A stretch of DNA of 64,000 bases from Paracoccaceae bacterium (lineage in GTDB: Bacteria > Pseudomonadota > Alphaproteobacteria > Rhodobacterales > Rhodobacteraceae): contig REDZ01000073.1 of NCBI GenBank assembly GCA_007695345.1, positions 9,621 through 73,620 on the forward strand. Reading direction: 5' to 3'. Numbering within the stretch: position 1 is the first letter of the stretch; each line of letters begins with the position of its first letter. The notes beneath the pieces are model-generated. The model was not told the origin of the DNA. It did not search any database and was given only the letters and a program-made list of their open reading frames with translations. Shown here piece after piece: positions 1 to 10,418 of the stretch. The position numbers and the translations under genes were made by a program.

Positions 1-432
1 CCGACAGAGGCGATGACCGGCTTTCAGGCCGCCGCGCGGGCTGGCGACTCGCTCGGTTCAAACGTCCGGCGCGATGCGCATTACGGGCTGGCGCTGGCCT
101 ATCTGTCCATGAACATGACCGAACAGGCCGCGCAGGTCGCGTCGCAGGTCCGGCTGAACGAGAGCCAGCATAACGAGGTCGAGGCCATCGTCCTGGACCA
201 GCGCGGTGTGCGCGCCTTTCGCGCCGGGGATTACCGGCAGGCCGTCGGCTATTTCAACGCGATGGAGGATATCACAGGATCGCTGCGGCGCGATCTGGCG
301 ATCCTGCGCGCCTACGCCTATCTGAATTCCGGCCAACGCGGCAACGCGCGCAGCGAATTCGAGCGCTTGCATTCGCAGCTTGCCACATCCGAGACGCGGC
401 AAGGCCTGAACGCCGCGCGCGGCGGGCCTTAA
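1..432 (+). CDS. TPR-like repeat protein, C-terminal fragment (5' end outside window)
   Basis: Reading frame is open from base 1 (ORF track 13..432). Helical Ala/Leu/Tyr repeats (ALAYLSMN, AILRAYAYLNSG) are typical of TPR. Lies directly upstream of the curlin genes. Confidence 0.45.
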   Translation, partial: PTEAMTGFQAAARAGDSLGSNVRRDAHYGLALAYLSMNMTEQAAQVASQVRLNESQHNEVEAIVLDQRGVRAFRAGDYRQAVGYFNAMEDITGSLRRDLAILRAYAYLNSGQRGNARSEFERLHSQLATSETRQGLNAARGGP

Positions 433-463
433 GGGGCAGAATCCCAACGCGACAAGGGCTTGA

Positions 464-486
464 AAGGGGGCGCATTGCGCCCCCTT
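464..486 (+). terminator. GC hairpin after the TPR gene
   Basis: AAGGGGGCGC-att-GCGCCCCCTT, a 10-bp perfect stem about 30 nt after the stop. Only a TT tail follows. Confidence 0.35.
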
Positions 487-672
487 GGCGTATCCGGCAA
501 ACCCTTGGTGAATCCGCCGCGTTATTCGATATCAACGCCCGCGCTATCGGCTAGCGCCGGGCGGATATTGCGTGGCATCGCCGCGATCCCGCACATCCTC
601 CAGCAGCGGATCAACCGCGACGTCACTCTCGGCGGCAGCGCCCGCCAGATCACCCCAAGCAGGAGATTTCCC

Positions 673-1128
673 ATGCGCCTCGCATTCCCGACCAGATGGA
701 CCGCCACAGCCCCCTGCGCCGCCCTTGCGGTGCTGGTTGCGCTGACCAGCCTTCCGGCCGATGCCGGGACAAACCGTGTGAGCGTGGACCAATGGGGCCG
801 CAACAACAGCGTCGCCACCCAGCAGGACGGATATCGCCAACGCGTGTCCATCAAGCAAGAGGGGCGGGGCAACCTGTCGCTGAACACGCAGGACGGATCG
901 CGCAACCGGGTCACCATCGGCCAGTCCGGATGCAACAATGTTGCCGATACCGCGCAGGGCGGGCGGCGCAACATCGTGGGCGTGGCACAGATGGGCTGTC
1001 GCAACGATGCGACAGTCACGCAAAGCGGCCATCGCAACGCCATCGGTGTCATCCAGACCGGCCGCGGCAACACGGCCAAGACGACCCAAGCCGGAAACGG
1101 CAATGTCGTGCTGATCATTCAGGACTGA
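673..1128 (+). CDS. Secreted curlin-repeat protein (CsgA/CsgB-family amyloid subunit)
   Basis: ATG at 673 is preceded by AGGAG (661-665). Signal peptide ends ...LTSLPADAG. It is followed by tandem Q-x-G-x-x-N-x-[AVG]-x-x-x-Q units (QWGRNNSVATQ, QSGCNNVADTAQ, QSGHRNAIGVIQ, QTGRGNTAKTTQ, etc.). Confidence 0.75.
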   Translation: MRLAFPTRWTATAPCAALAVLVALTSLPADAGTNRVSVDQWGRNNSVATQQDGYRQRVSIKQEGRGNLSLNTQDGSRNRVTIGQSGCNNVADTAQGGRRNIVGVAQMGCRNDATVTQSGHRNAIGVIQTGRGNTAKTTQAGNGNVVLIIQD

Positions 1129-1141
1129 CCCCCCTTCATCT

Positions 1142-1163
1142 GCCGGGGGCAGCGGCCCCCGGC
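1142..1163 (+). terminator. Intercistronic hairpin between the curlin gene and the csgH-like gene (possible attenuator or processing site)
   Basis: GCCGGGGGC-agcg-GCCCCCGGC, a 9-bp stem 14 nt after the stop. No T tract follows. Confidence 0.3.
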
Positions 1164-1185
1164 CAGGCCTGAAAAGGAGTATCTC

Positions 1186-1566
1186 ATGACGGCTTCTCCT
1201 CATATCGCGGCAGCGCTTGTTGTGGCAGGTGTCGCCACGGGCGCGGGGCTTGCGCTGTCCTCGCCCCCGCCCTCTCCCGAGCCGCTGGTCTGCGAACTGA
1301 CCCTGACAGAGGCCAGGCGCCAGGTCACCGTGACTGCCGAGGCGCATGCCCGCCGGCCCGTGCAGGGCACTTATGTGCTGGAAATCGATCAGCGCAGCGC
1401 GGGGGGGACATCCACCATCCGGCAGGGTGGCGATTTCGATCTGAGCGCGCATGAGGCGGCCATCCTTGCCACGACCCGGCTTTCGGGCCGCAAACGCGAT
1501 GTGGATGCGCGCCTGACAGTCACCGCAAATGGCCAGACCCGGACCTGCAGCGCGATCACACTCTAG
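1186..1566 (+). CDS. csgH: CsgH-like curli-type amyloid chaperone (small secreted beta-rich protein)
   Basis: ATG is preceded by AAAGGAG. Has a signal peptide and is about 100 aa mature. Contains a Cys near each end (VCELTL ... TRTCSAITL) and a GGxSxxxQGGxF-like segment (AGGTSTIRQGGDFDL). Sits between two curlin genes, as in alphaproteobacterial curli loci. Confidence 0.55.
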   Translation: MTASPHIAAALVVAGVATGAGLALSSPPPSPEPLVCELTLTEARRQVTVTAEAHARRPVQGTYVLEIDQRSAGGTSTIRQGGDFDLSAHEAAILATTRLSGRKRDVDARLTVTANGQTRTCSAITL

Positions 1567-1604
1567 ACGCTGCAGGCCGACCGCATTCAACGAAAGGCTC
1601 TCAC

Positions 1605-2021
1605 ATGTCACGATTCTCTCACACGCATTCCAGGCGCATCTTGTCTGCCGCCCTTGTGTCCGTCGCGCTGGCCTTGTCCGTGGTGCAAGCGCAGGCGTCG
1701 TCGCTATCGCTGAAACTGCGACCCGGATCATCACAAGAAGCGCGCGCCCTTGATGCGGCCGTCACGCTCTACGCACTCCACCGTGATCTGCGCTCCGGGG
1801 CCGATATCCGCCAGACCGGGCGCAACAATACGGCAGTGCTGCGGCAGTCGGGCGGGCGGAACCGCGGAATCATCCGCCAGCGCGGCGACAATCACACGGC
1901 CAGCCTGTCGCAGATCGGCGGCAACAACACCCAGGTGATCGTGCAATATGGAAACGGTGCACATGCCGATATCGGCCAGCGTGGCGGTCAGTCCGGCATC
2001 CTGCTGCAATTCGCGCGATAG
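1605..2021 (+). CDS. Second secreted curlin-repeat protein (CsgA/CsgB family)
   Basis: Signal peptide ends ...VVQAQA. Carries repeats RQTGRNNTAVLRQ, RQSGGRNRGIIRQ, RGDNHTASLSQ, IGGNNTQVIVQ, YGNGAHADIGQ. Confidence 0.7.
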   Translation: MSRFSHTHSRRILSAALVSVALALSVVQAQASSLSLKLRPGSSQEARALDAAVTLYALHRDLRSGADIRQTGRNNTAVLRQSGGRNRGIIRQRGDNHTASLSQIGGNNTQVIVQYGNGAHADIGQRGGQSGILLQFAR

Positions 2022-2034
2022 GCAGGGTGACCGC

Positions 2035-2067
2035 CGGGGCGGGGAAACACATGCGCACCCCGCCCCG
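2035..2067 (+). terminator. Hairpin closing the curlin cluster
   Basis: CGGGGCGGGG-13 nt-CCCCGCCCCG, a 10-bp perfect stem 14 nt after the stop. No T tract follows. Confidence 0.4.
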
Positions 2068-2137
2068 CGCTACGGGCTTTAATCACCTTGCGAAAGCGGC
2101 TATGCCCCTCGGCTGAAGCACAAGCCACAGGTCATCC

Positions 2138-3934
2138 GTGTCGCGCAGCCGCCGTTCCCGCCGCAAAACGCAAGCCCGTCAGGACCGTGTCGTCCTGCGC
2201 TGGCTGTGGGAGACATTCGTGCGCCAGCGCATACTGCTGCTCTCGGCGGCATTCGTGTTGATGGTGGTCGAGTCGCTGACGCTCGGGGCCTTCAGCTATC
2301 TTGTGCAGCCCATGTTTGACGATGTGCTGATCCAGGGCGATCGTGCGCAGGTATATGTGGTCGCGCTGGCCATGGCGGCGACCTTTCTGGGCCGTGGGCT
2401 GGCGCGGCTGGCGGGAAAAGCGATCATCGTCTGGCAGGCGGAAAAGGCGACAGCGCAATTGCAGTCGTTGTTGCTGGGCCATCTGATCACGCTGGATCAG
2501 GGGTTTTTCAAACATATGTCGCCCGGTGTCCTGATCGAGCGTGTGCGCGGCGATTCCGCGGCGCTGCGCAGCGTCTTTGACGCGTTGATCACGGGTATCG
2601 GGCGCGACGGGTCCGCCGTCATTGTGCTGCTGGGCGTCGCGCTCTGGACCGATTGGCAATGGACCCTTGTCGCAATGGCCGGCATCCCGCTGCTGGGGGT
2701 GCCGATGCTGGCGATCCAACGCCTGATTCGTCGGCGTTCGACAGAATCGCGGCGGGTCGCGGCCCAAAGCTCGAACCGGCTGGATGAGGCGTTTCACGGC
2801 ATCACCACCTTGCAACTGACAGGCTCGGAAGCGCAGGAGCTGGGGCGATTCAACCGGATCAAGGAGCAATTCGTCTCTCGGATGACGCGCGCCAAGATCG
2901 GCAAGGCTGCGGTCCCGACGCTCTTGGATTTCGGGGCAGCAATCGGGTTCGGGCTGGTTCTGATCGTGGGGGGGTTGCAGATCATCGACGGGTCGCGGAC
3001 AGTCGGGCAGTTCATGTCCTTCTTCACAGCGCTTGGCCTGCTGTTCGACCCGCTGCGCCGTCTGTCGTCATTGGCGGCGCAATGGCAGCATATCCTGGCC
3101 TCGCTGGAACGGACGCATGAGCTGTTGCAGGTCCGGCCCGATGTCACCTCGCCCCCGCCGCCCCATATGCCGCCCCCGGCGCGCGACAAGGCGTCAGTCA
3201 CCCTGAACAATGTCAGTTTCGCCTATGACAGCGACCCCGTGCTGAGAGGTATAAGTTTCGAAGCCCCGGCAGGTCAGACCACGGCGATCGTCGGCCCCTC
3301 GGGTGCCGGGAAATCCACTGTCTTTTCGCTTCTGACCCGGATGATCGACGCGACCGAAGGCGAAGTGCTGATTGGCGGTCAGGACGTGCGGCGCATGGAT
3401 CTGGTGCAGTTGCGCGCGCAGTTTTCCGTTGTCAGCCAGGACACGGCGCTGTTCGATGAAACCATTCGCGACAACATTCTGCTTGGGGCGCCGCATGCCT
3501 CGGATGAGGCGCTGGCAGAGGCCATTCGCGCCGCCCATGTCAATGAGTTCCTGCCGCTTCTTTCCAAGGGGCTGGAGACGCGGGCAGGGCCGCGCGGGTC
3601 CAACCTGTCAGGCGGGCAGCGGCAGCGGGTGGCGATTGCGCGTGCGCTTTTGCGCGACACCCCGATCCTGCTGCTGGATGAGGCCACAAGCGCACTGGAT
3701 TCGCGGTCCGAGGCGCTGGTGCAGGCGGCGCTGAGCCGGTTGACCACGGGACGCACGACCCTGGTGATCGCGCATCGCCTGTCGACTGTGCGCGACGCCG
3801 ACCAGATACTTGTCATGGACAAGGGGCAGATCGTGGAAAAGGGCGATCACATCAGCCTGCTGGCGCTTGGGGGCAGCTACGCCAAACTGCACGCGCTGCA
3901 ATTCGCGGACCAGTCCGAGACATCCGCAAACTGA
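2138..3934 (+). CDS. ABC transporter, fused permease/ATP-binding protein (MsbA-like exporter)
   Basis: N-terminal half is a six-TM-type domain. Walker A GPSGAGKST, signature LSGGQRQR, Walker B LLLDEATSALD. GTG start taken from the ORF track; exact start uncertain. Confidence 0.85.
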   Translation: MSRSRRSRRKTQARQDRVVLRWLWETFVRQRILLLSAAFVLMVVESLTLGAFSYLVQPMFDDVLIQGDRAQVYVVALAMAATFLGRGLARLAGKAIIVWQAEKATAQLQSLLLGHLITLDQGFFKHMSPGVLIERVRGDSAALRSVFDALITGIGRDGSAVIVLLGVALWTDWQWTLVAMAGIPLLGVPMLAIQRLIRRRSTESRRVAAQSSNRLDEAFHGITTLQLTGSEAQELGRFNRIKEQFVSRMTRAKIGKAAVPTLLDFGAAIGFGLVLIVGGLQIIDGSRTVGQFMSFFTALGLLFDPLRRLSSLAAQWQHILASLERTHELLQVRPDVTSPPPPHMPPPARDKASVTLNNVSFAYDSDPVLRGISFEAPAGQTTAIVGPSGAGKSTVFSLLTRMIDATEGEVLIGGQDVRRMDLVQLRAQFSVVSQDTALFDETIRDNILLGAPHASDEALAEAIRAAHVNEFLPLLSKGLETRAGPRGSNLSGGQRQRVAIARALLRDTPILLLDEATSALDSRSEALVQAALSRLTTGRTTLVIAHRLSTVRDADQILVMDKGQIVEKGDHISLLALGGSYAKLHALQFADQSETSAN

Positions 3935-3973
3935 GCCGTGATCGGCCTCGGCGGTTGCCGGCGCGCGCATAGC

Positions 3974-4003
3974 AAAAGGCCCCGGTCGTGACCGGGGCCT
4001 TTT
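3974..4003. terminator. Bidirectional rho-independent terminator
   Basis: AAAAGGCCCCGGT-cgtg-ACCGGGGCCTTTT lies between the convergent genes ending at 3934 (+) and 4023 (-). Confidence 0.7.
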
Positions 4004-4022
4004 GCCAGAGATGTGCCGGGGC

Positions 4023-6272
4023 TCAGCTTGCCGCGTATTGCCGCGCGGGTTCGTCAAACTCGGACACGGATGCCAGCCGGAACTGACCTGTGGACCCGCG
4101 TTCCAGCCGACCCTCGCGCAGCAGCGTGCCAAAGGCGCGCAGCAGATCGTCGCGGCTGACCTTCTTGCTGGAATTGTTGGCAACCACATAGGTCATCAAC
4201 TCGACGCGCGAAAACTCCGCCTGCCCCTTCTTGTGGGTCAGATAGGCGGCAGCGGCCTCGATCTGTTCGTCCAGAAGCCAGGCATCGACCTGTTGCACGA
4301 ATTGCCCATAGGCTGCGGTATCATCCTCGCCCACTGCCTGCCGGGTTGCCGCGTTCTGGAGTTCCAGGCCAGGGGTGCCTTCGGGGCGCACGCGGCGCGG
4401 CATGACCGGGCCGGTCGGTGCCGCATCGACGCGCTGTTCGGACACCAGCACCAGCGGGCCGCGTTCGGCTTGCGGGCGCTGTGCGCGTGTGGCCCCGGCG
4501 ACAGCCGGGCGGCGGGGGAAGGGATTGCGCCCGGCAGGTTCCGCCTGAACCGGTGCTTCCGGGGCGGGTTCTGCGGCGACCTCTTCGGTGTCGCTGTCAT
4601 CCTCATCGGCCAGAAATTGCGCCACTTCCGCGTCAGCCGCACTGGGGGTGTCGCCCGCGCGCGCCGCGATTTCCGGCGCGTCTTCGTCCTCATCGGGCAG
4701 GTCCGCGTCATCCATCGGGGTGGGTGCAGGCGCGGTTATCTGCGGTTCCGGATCGGGGGTCTGCACCTCTGCGGGCGTGACAACGACATGGGGCTTCAGC
4801 GCTTCGGGCGCATCCATATCAAGGCGATAGCGCTCGATCTCGCGGCTTTGCTCGAACTCGCTGCGCCGGGGGCCCATTGTCTCTTCTTCCGCGCGGGTGG
4901 CATCGACGGCGACGCGCATATGCTCGAACGCGTCGCGCCGGCGTTGCCCGTCCTCGGCGCCCATTTCGGTTTTCGCGACCTCTAGCAGGCGCTCGGCATC
5001 TCCGTCCATGTTATCGCCAAGCGCAGCGCGGCGTTCTTCGCTGCTGCGGGCGCGGCGGGGGGCAACCTCTGCCTCGATCTGCGTCAATTCGGAGATCAGG
5101 TCGGATTCGGCGCTATCCGTCAGCCCGGTCGTGCCCAGCATGCCGCGAATCCGATCGCGCAGGCTCTGGGTCGAGGGCTGGCTGTCTGCCGCAGGTTGCG
5201 GGGCCGCATCGTCTTGCTCTGCAGGCTCTGTCATGTCCGTGGCAGGCGCGTCGCCCGCCGCGATCAGCGCGCTGTCGAAATCATCTTCCGGCACCATGTC
5301 GTCAAAGCTGTCGTCATTGTCGAAATGAGCCGCCAGAACCGAATCCGCGCCTGCATCATCTTCTGCGTCGGGCTGCGGGTCTTCTTCTGCGGTGTCACTG
5401 GCATCTTGCGCCTGCGATTCTTGTTCATCGTCGAAAATGGCCGCGAAGATCGAATCCTCGCCCGCATCCTCATCGGACTGGCGCGTGTCCTCTTCGGCTG
5501 TAACGTCTTCAAACGGTGGCCGCGCGTCAGTTTCGGGCGTGGTGGTGTCGAAATCGGCCGCGACGACCGTATCATCGTTTGGTTCCCGCGCATCTTCGTC
5601 AGACCTGGGGTCAGGCGCGCTTGCCTCCGCTTCCTGCGGGGCCGCCGGCGCGTCCGGTGCGTTGGCGATGGGCGTGCCGGCGGCTATACCAGCCGCAGGG
5701 ACCGTTGCGGATTTTGCGACCGCGGCGCGGATGCGCGCCAGCTTGTCACTGAAATCCTCGCCATTCGCCGGGGCGTCCTGCGCGTCACCATCGCCCTGAT
5801 CGCTCTCGGGCGCTTCGGTGGGATCGACTTGTTCAGGCGCGGGCGCTTCGACCTCCGGCGCCGGGGGCACCTCGGCCTCTGCCGGTTCGGGGCGGGCGGG
5901 TGCCTCTGGCTCGGCAATCGCCTGATCATTTTGCGGCTGCGCATAGGTAACCGGTGCGGCGTCGGTGTGCTGGGTCAGCGCCTGGGGGGCCTGCGCGGCG
6001 GGTGTGGGCGCATGGGCCATGTCGGTGCGCAGGACAACCTGATTGTCCTGCACCCGCGCCTCGACCCGGCGCTGAATCTCGCGTTCCGCAATGCGGTGCA
6101 GCATATCGGCATCCGGGGTCGGCGGCTCTGCGCCGAAATACCTGTCGCGCTCGGCAAGATCGCGAAAATACTCCGAAATCGCCTGCATCGTTCCGAAAGG
6201 TTCGTCAAACCCTTCGAGAGTGCAGGAAAACGTGCCATAGGACACGGTCAGGATTTTATTCGGGGGCACCAT
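4023..6272 (-). CDS. Very acidic Asp/Glu/Ala/Pro-rich protein with conserved-looking N- and C-terminal domains, function unknown
   Basis: ATG at 6272 ([22 protein letters not shown]...) is preferred over the ORF-track start at 6332. The central part is low complexity. The C-terminus reads ...[24 protein letters not shown]. Confidence 0.7.
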   Translation of the reverse strand: MVPPNKILTVSYGTFSCTLEGFDEPFGTMQAISEYFRDLAERDRYFGAEPPTPDADMLHRIAEREIQRRVEARVQDNQVVLRTDMAHAPTPAAQAPQALTQHTDAAPVTYAQPQNDQAIAEPEAPARPEPAEAEVPPAPEVEAPAPEQVDPTEAPESDQGDGDAQDAPANGEDFSDKLARIRAAVAKSATVPAAGIAAGTPIANAPDAPAAPQEAEASAPDPRSDEDAREPNDDTVVAADFDTTTPETDARPPFEDVTAEEDTRQSDEDAGEDSIFAAIFDDEQESQAQDASDTAEEDPQPDAEDDAGADSVLAAHFDNDDSFDDMVPEDDFDSALIAAGDAPATDMTEPAEQDDAAPQPAADSQPSTQSLRDRIRGMLGTTGLTDSAESDLISELTQIEAEVAPRRARSSEERRAALGDNMDGDAERLLEVAKTEMGAEDGQRRRDAFEHMRVAVDATRAEEETMGPRRSEFEQSREIERYRLDMDAPEALKPHVVVTPAEVQTPDPEPQITAPAPTPMDDADLPDEDEDAPEIAARAGDTPSAADAEVAQFLADEDDSDTEEVAAEPAPEAPVQAEPAGRNPFPRRPAVAGATRAQRPQAERGPLVLVSEQRVDAAPTGPVMPRRVRPEGTPGLELQNAATRQAVGEDDTAAYGQFVQQVDAWLLDEQIEAAAAYLTHKKGQAEFSRVELMTYVVANNSSKKVSRDDLLRAFGTLLREGRLERGSTGQFRLASVSEFDEPARQYAAS

Positions 6273-6362
6273 GACTTGCTCACTTTCTTTACCATAACAT
6301 CGGCAAAGTCGCTGACTACCTGAGCGATTCAATGTTCAGACTTGGGTATTTTGATGATCTGA

Positions 6363-7091
6363 ATGTGGCCAAAGATCGCAACGATTCGTTTCGAGATACA
6401 GGATAACGCTTTGCCACAGCCCGTCCATGATCCTTCGGCCGTTACCCTTGTCGGTGGCGGAATAGTCAGCAGGCGTGATCTGGACCTGTCGCTTTCGCTT
6501 GCGCCGCGCCTTGTCGCTGCCGATGGCGGGGCCAATCGGGTGGCAGCGCTGGGGCATCTGCCCGAACAGGTGATCGGTGATCTGGATTCCATCGCGCCTG
6601 ATCTGCGCACCCGGCTTGGCGACCGCGTGCTGCATGTGCCGGAACAGGACAGCACTGATCTGGACAAATGCCTGTCGCGGATTCGCGCGCCCTTTGTGCT
6701 GGGGCTGGGCTTTGATGGGGCGCGGCTGGATCACACGCTTGCGGCCATGACGTCGCTGACCCGCCACGGGTCTGCCCGTGTCCTGTTGCTGGCGGCAGAG
6801 GATATCGTGTTTCTGGCCCCCCCGCGCCTGCATCTGGGTCTGGATGTGGGCGAGCGCGTGTCCCTGTTTCCGATGGGGCAGGTCGCAGGCCGTTCGACCG
6901 GGCTGCACTGGCCGATAGAGGGCATCCCGTTCCTGCCCGAGGCACTGGTGGGCACATCCAACCGCGCCAGCGCGCCCGAGGTTACGCTGCACAGCGACCG
7001 CCCCGCCATGCTGGTGCTGCTGGAACGCGCGCGTCTGACGGATGCGCTGCGCGCCGTGCTGGCCGTGCCGGATTGGCACAAGAGCCTATAG
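6363..7091 (+). CDS. Thiamine pyrophosphokinase
   Basis: LVGGG near the N-terminus, GDLDS motif, EQDSTDLDK segment. Start is uncertain (ATG 6363 or TTG 6411). The 3' end overlaps ubiB by 6 nt. Confidence 0.65.
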   Translation: MWPKIATIRFEIQDNALPQPVHDPSAVTLVGGGIVSRRDLDLSLSLAPRLVAADGGANRVAALGHLPEQVIGDLDSIAPDLRTRLGDRVLHVPEQDSTDLDKCLSRIRAPFVLGLGFDGARLDHTLAAMTSLTRHGSARVLLLAAEDIVFLAPPRLHLGLDVGERVSLFPMGQVAGRSTGLHWPIEGIPFLPEALVGTSNRASAPEVTLHSDRPAMLVLLERARLTDALRAVLAVPDWHKSL

Positions 7092-8615
7092 CAGACTGCC
7101 CAGCGCGACCCCCAGCGCAACCAGCCCCGCCCCCAGTGCGGCGCCTGTCACCGGACCGATCTGGCGCGGCGGCGCTGCCGGTTCGTCCCTGTGCGACTGT
7201 GCGATCAGCGCGGTTTCGACCATGCGCGGCAGATGCGGGCCAAAGCGCGCCAGAATGCGGGCCGTCTGCGCCAGATCGCGCGCCAGCGCCTGCGGCCCGA
7301 TATTCTCGCGGACATAATCCTCGACGATGGGCCGTGCGACATGCCACATGTTGATTTCCGGGTTGAGCGACCGCGCCACCCCCTCGACCACGACCATGGT
7401 GCGTTGCAGCAGGATCAGTTCGGTGCGGGTTTCCATGCCGAATCGTTCCGTCACCTCGAACAGATAGGCCAGCAGCTTGGCCATCGAGATATGGCGCGCA
7501 TCCATGCCGAAAATCGGCTCTCCGACGGCGCGCAGGGCGCGCGCGAATTCGTCTATATCGCGGTCGGCGGGGACATAGCCCATCTCGAAATGCACTTCGG
7601 CGACGCGGCGATAATCCTTGCGGATGAAGCCGAAAATGATCTCGGCATAGGCGCGACGGGTAAAGCCATCGATCCGCCCCATGATCCCGAAATCCAGCGC
7701 GATGATCTTACCCTCGGACGTGACCTTCAGGTTGCCCTGATGCATGTCCCCATGAAAGAACCCGTCGCGCAGCGCATGGCGCAGGAACAGCGAAAGCACG
7801 CGTATGCCCAGCTCTCCCCGGTCGAGGCCCAGCGCATCCAGCGCGGCATTGTCGCCCATGGGCACGCCCTCGGCCCAGCCCAGCGTCATCACCCGGCGCG
7901 AGGACAGATCCCAGACCGGGCAGGGCACGGAAAAGCCCGGGTCAGCCTCGGTATTGGCGGCGAATTCGGCAGCAGCCGAGGCTTCCAGCCGCAGATCGAT
8001 CTCGCCTTCGACCACGCTTTCGAAATGCGTGATCACATCCAGCGGGCGCAGGCGGCGGGTTTTGGGCAGAAGCACCTCGATCAGACCGGCGGCGAAATAG
8101 AACGCGTCGATATCGCGGCGAAAGGCGCGCTCGACGCCCGGGCGCAGCACCTTGATGGCGACCTTGCGACCGGTATCGGCCCTGATCGCCCAATGCACCT
8201 GCGCGATAGAGGCGGCGGCCACGGGCTCGGAGAATTCAGAGAACAACGACAGGACAGGGCGGTCCAGTTCCTCGGCCACTGTTTCCATCGCGATGCTGCG
8301 CGAAAACGGCGTCAGCTTGTCCTGCAGATAGCGCAACTGATCGGCCAGTTCCTGGCCGACCACATCGGGCCGTGTGGCCAGTGTCTGACCGAATTTGATA
8401 TAGGCCGGGCCAAGGGCTGTCAGCGCGCGGGTCAGTGGCGGCAGCGTCGGGTCGCCCTTCAGCCCCAACAGCTTGAACGGCCAGCCCAGCACACGCGCGG
8501 CAAAACGCAGCCGCGGGGGCGCGTTCAGCGCCTCCAGCACGACCTGCATCGCGCCCGTCCGCTCGAACGTGGCACCGGTGCGGACCAGCCGCCATAGGTT
8601 GATCGGTCCCCGCAT
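7086..8615 (-). CDS. ubiB: Ubiquinone biosynthesis protein kinase-like UbiB (ABC1 family)
   Basis: Family-typical GPAYIKFGQTLATRPDVVG, AAASIAQVH, HGDMHQGNL, plus a C-terminal TM segment. ATG at 8615 lies 4 nt downstream of the ubiE stop. Confidence 0.85.
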   Translation of the reverse strand: MRGPINLWRLVRTGATFERTGAMQVVLEALNAPPRLRFAARVLGWPFKLLGLKGDPTLPPLTRALTALGPAYIKFGQTLATRPDVVGQELADQLRYLQDKLTPFSRSIAMETVAEELDRPVLSLFSEFSEPVAAASIAQVHWAIRADTGRKVAIKVLRPGVERAFRRDIDAFYFAAGLIEVLLPKTRRLRPLDVITHFESVVEGEIDLRLEASAAAEFAANTEADPGFSVPCPVWDLSSRRVMTLGWAEGVPMGDNAALDALGLDRGELGIRVLSLFLRHALRDGFFHGDMHQGNLKVTSEGKIIALDFGIMGRIDGFTRRAYAEIIFGFIRKDYRRVAEVHFEMGYVPADRDIDEFARALRAVGEPIFGMDARHISMAKLLAYLFEVTERFGMETRTELILLQRTMVVVEGVARSLNPEINMWHVARPIVEDYVRENIGPQALARDLAQTARILARFGPHLPRMVETALIAQSHRDEPAAPPRQIGPVTGAALGAGLVALGVALGSLL

Positions 8616-8619
8616 CCGT

Positions 8620-9372
8620 TTACAGCTTCCAGCCCGAATGAAGCGCCGCAATGCCCATCGACAAGTTGCGATAGCGCACCTGCTCGAACCCCGCGCAGCG
8701 GATCATCTCTGCAAAACGGTCCTGATCAGGGAAACGGCGGATCGATTCGACCAGATACTGATAGCTGTCGCGATCACCCGTCACGACCTGCCCCATCGTC
8801 GGGATGATGTTGAAGGAATACAGATCATAGACTTTCTGCATCAGATCATTCGGGATCTGGCTGAATTCCAGCACCATCAGCCGACCGCCGGGGCGCAGCA
8901 CGCGAAACGCCTCACGCAGCGCATCCTCGATCCGGGTGACATTGCGGATGCCGAAACTGATCGTATAGACATCGAAGCTTGCGGGCGGAAAGGGCAGGGC
9001 CATCGCATCGCCCACCACCCAGTCAAGCTGGCCGGCCATATTTGCAGCCTCGGCGCGGTTCTGCCCTTCGATCAGCATGGGCTCTGTCAGATCCAGCACT
9101 GTGGCGCGCGCAGTCGTGCCCGCGCGGCGCAGGAAGCGAAAGGCGATATCGCCTGTGCCACCGGCCACATCCAGCAATTGCTGTCCGGGGCGCGGCGCCA
9201 GCCAGTCCATCATGGCATCTTTCCACAGCCGGTGGATGCCGCCCGACATCAGGTCATTCATGATATCGTACCGCGCGGCGACACTGGAAAAGACGCCCTG
9301 CACCATCCCGGCCTTCTGGTCTTCCGCGACGGTCTGGAATCCGAAATGGGTTGTCTTGCTGTCCTGGGTCAT
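8620..9372 (-). CDS. ubiE: Demethylmenaquinone/ubiquinone C-methyltransferase UbiE
   Basis: [15 protein letters not shown]... start at 9372. SAM motif [10 protein letters not shown]. 250 aa. Confidence 0.9.
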   Translation of the reverse strand: MTQDSKTTHFGFQTVAEDQKAGMVQGVFSSVAARYDIMNDLMSGGIHRLWKDAMMDWLAPRPGQQLLDVAGGTGDIAFRFLRRAGTTARATVLDLTEPMLIEGQNRAEAANMAGQLDWVVGDAMALPFPPASFDVYTISFGIRNVTRIEDALREAFRVLRPGGRLMVLEFSQIPNDLMQKVYDLYSFNIIPTMGQVVTGDRDSYQYLVESIRRFPDQDRFAEMIRCAGFEQVRYRNLSMGIAALHSGWKL

Positions 9373-9490
9373 TCGGTGCCGCCGCTTGCTGCCTGCCCCT
9401 TGCCGGGGTGTTCCACCACTCCTTATAGGGGAACGGGGGCGACTGACAATGCGACCCCTTTGCCGCCCTGCATGTTCCAAGGACCCTGCC

Positions 9491-10354
9491 ATGCCCGAAT
9501 TGCCCGAGGTCGAGACAGTGCGCCGGGGCCTTTTGCCCGCGATGGAGGGTGCGCGCATCCTGCGGGCCGAATTGCGACGCGGCGATCTGCGCTGGCCCTT
9601 TCCCCCCGATATGGGCGCGCGGCTGCAAGGGGCCCGTGTGATGCAGTTGCGCCGCCGCTCGAAATACCTGCTGGCCGATCTGGACCGGGGCGAGACACTG
9701 ATCGTGCATCTGGGCATGTCGGGGCGCATGGTCATTTCGGGCCTGGCCGCCGCGCATGTGCCGGGGCAGTTTCATTACGATCATCCGCAGATCGAGAAAC
9801 ACGACCATGTGCTGTTTCACATGGAAGGCGGCGCGCGCGTGACCTTCAACGATCCGCGCCGTTTCGGGGCGATGGATTTGTGTCCCACCGCGGCGCTGGA
9901 GGGGCATCGCCTGATGGCGGGCATCGGGCCGGAACCCTTGGGCAACACATTTGACGCGACCTATCTGCGGGCGCGGTTGCAGGGGCGGCGAACGCCCATC
10001 AAGGCCGCGCTGCTGGATCAGCGAATCGTCGCCGGATTGGGCAATATCTATGTCTGCGAGGCACTGTTTCGCGCGGGCATAAGCCCGGTGCGCGCGGCAG
10101 GGCGCATCGGGCCGGCGCGGCTGGAACGGCTGACTCAAGCCATCCGCGATACACTGCATGAGGCGATAGAGGCCGGGGGATCATCCTTGCGCGACTACCG
10201 CCAAGCCAATGGCGAGCTTGGATATTTTCAGCATGCCTTTCGTGTTTACGGACGCGAGGGGGCGGCCTGCACAACGCCCGGTTGCCGCGGCCAGGTGCGC
10301 CGAATCGTGCAATCGGCGCGATCAAGTTTCTATTGCCCGCAATGCCAGAGATGA
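9491..10354 (+). CDS. mutM: Formamidopyrimidine-DNA glycosylase
   Basis: [15 protein letters not shown]-terminus and C-terminal zinc finger (...YCPQCQR). Confidence 0.9.
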   Translation: MPELPEVETVRRGLLPAMEGARILRAELRRGDLRWPFPPDMGARLQGARVMQLRRRSKYLLADLDRGETLIVHLGMSGRMVISGLAAAHVPGQFHYDHPQIEKHDHVLFHMEGGARVTFNDPRRFGAMDLCPTAALEGHRLMAGIGPEPLGNTFDATYLRARLQGRRTPIKAALLDQRIVAGLGNIYVCEALFRAGISPVRAAGRIGPARLERLTQAIRDTLHEAIEAGGSSLRDYRQANGELGYFQHAFRVYGREGAACTTPGCRGQVRRIVQSARSSFYCPQCQR

Positions 10355-10418
10355 CTTGAACCCCGATCCCAAGCTGTTATGCCAAGGATCGTTTTGCAAC
10401 AAGCAGGGTGCCGCGCGA

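Noticed and set aside
544-1734. 396-aa ORF antisense to the curlin and CsgH-like genes.
   Set aside because: The composition is Arg/Ala/Gly/Pro-rich and not protein-like. It fully overlaps three ORFs that have clear signal peptides, repeats and ribosome-binding sites. Long antisense ORFs are expected in high-GC DNA.
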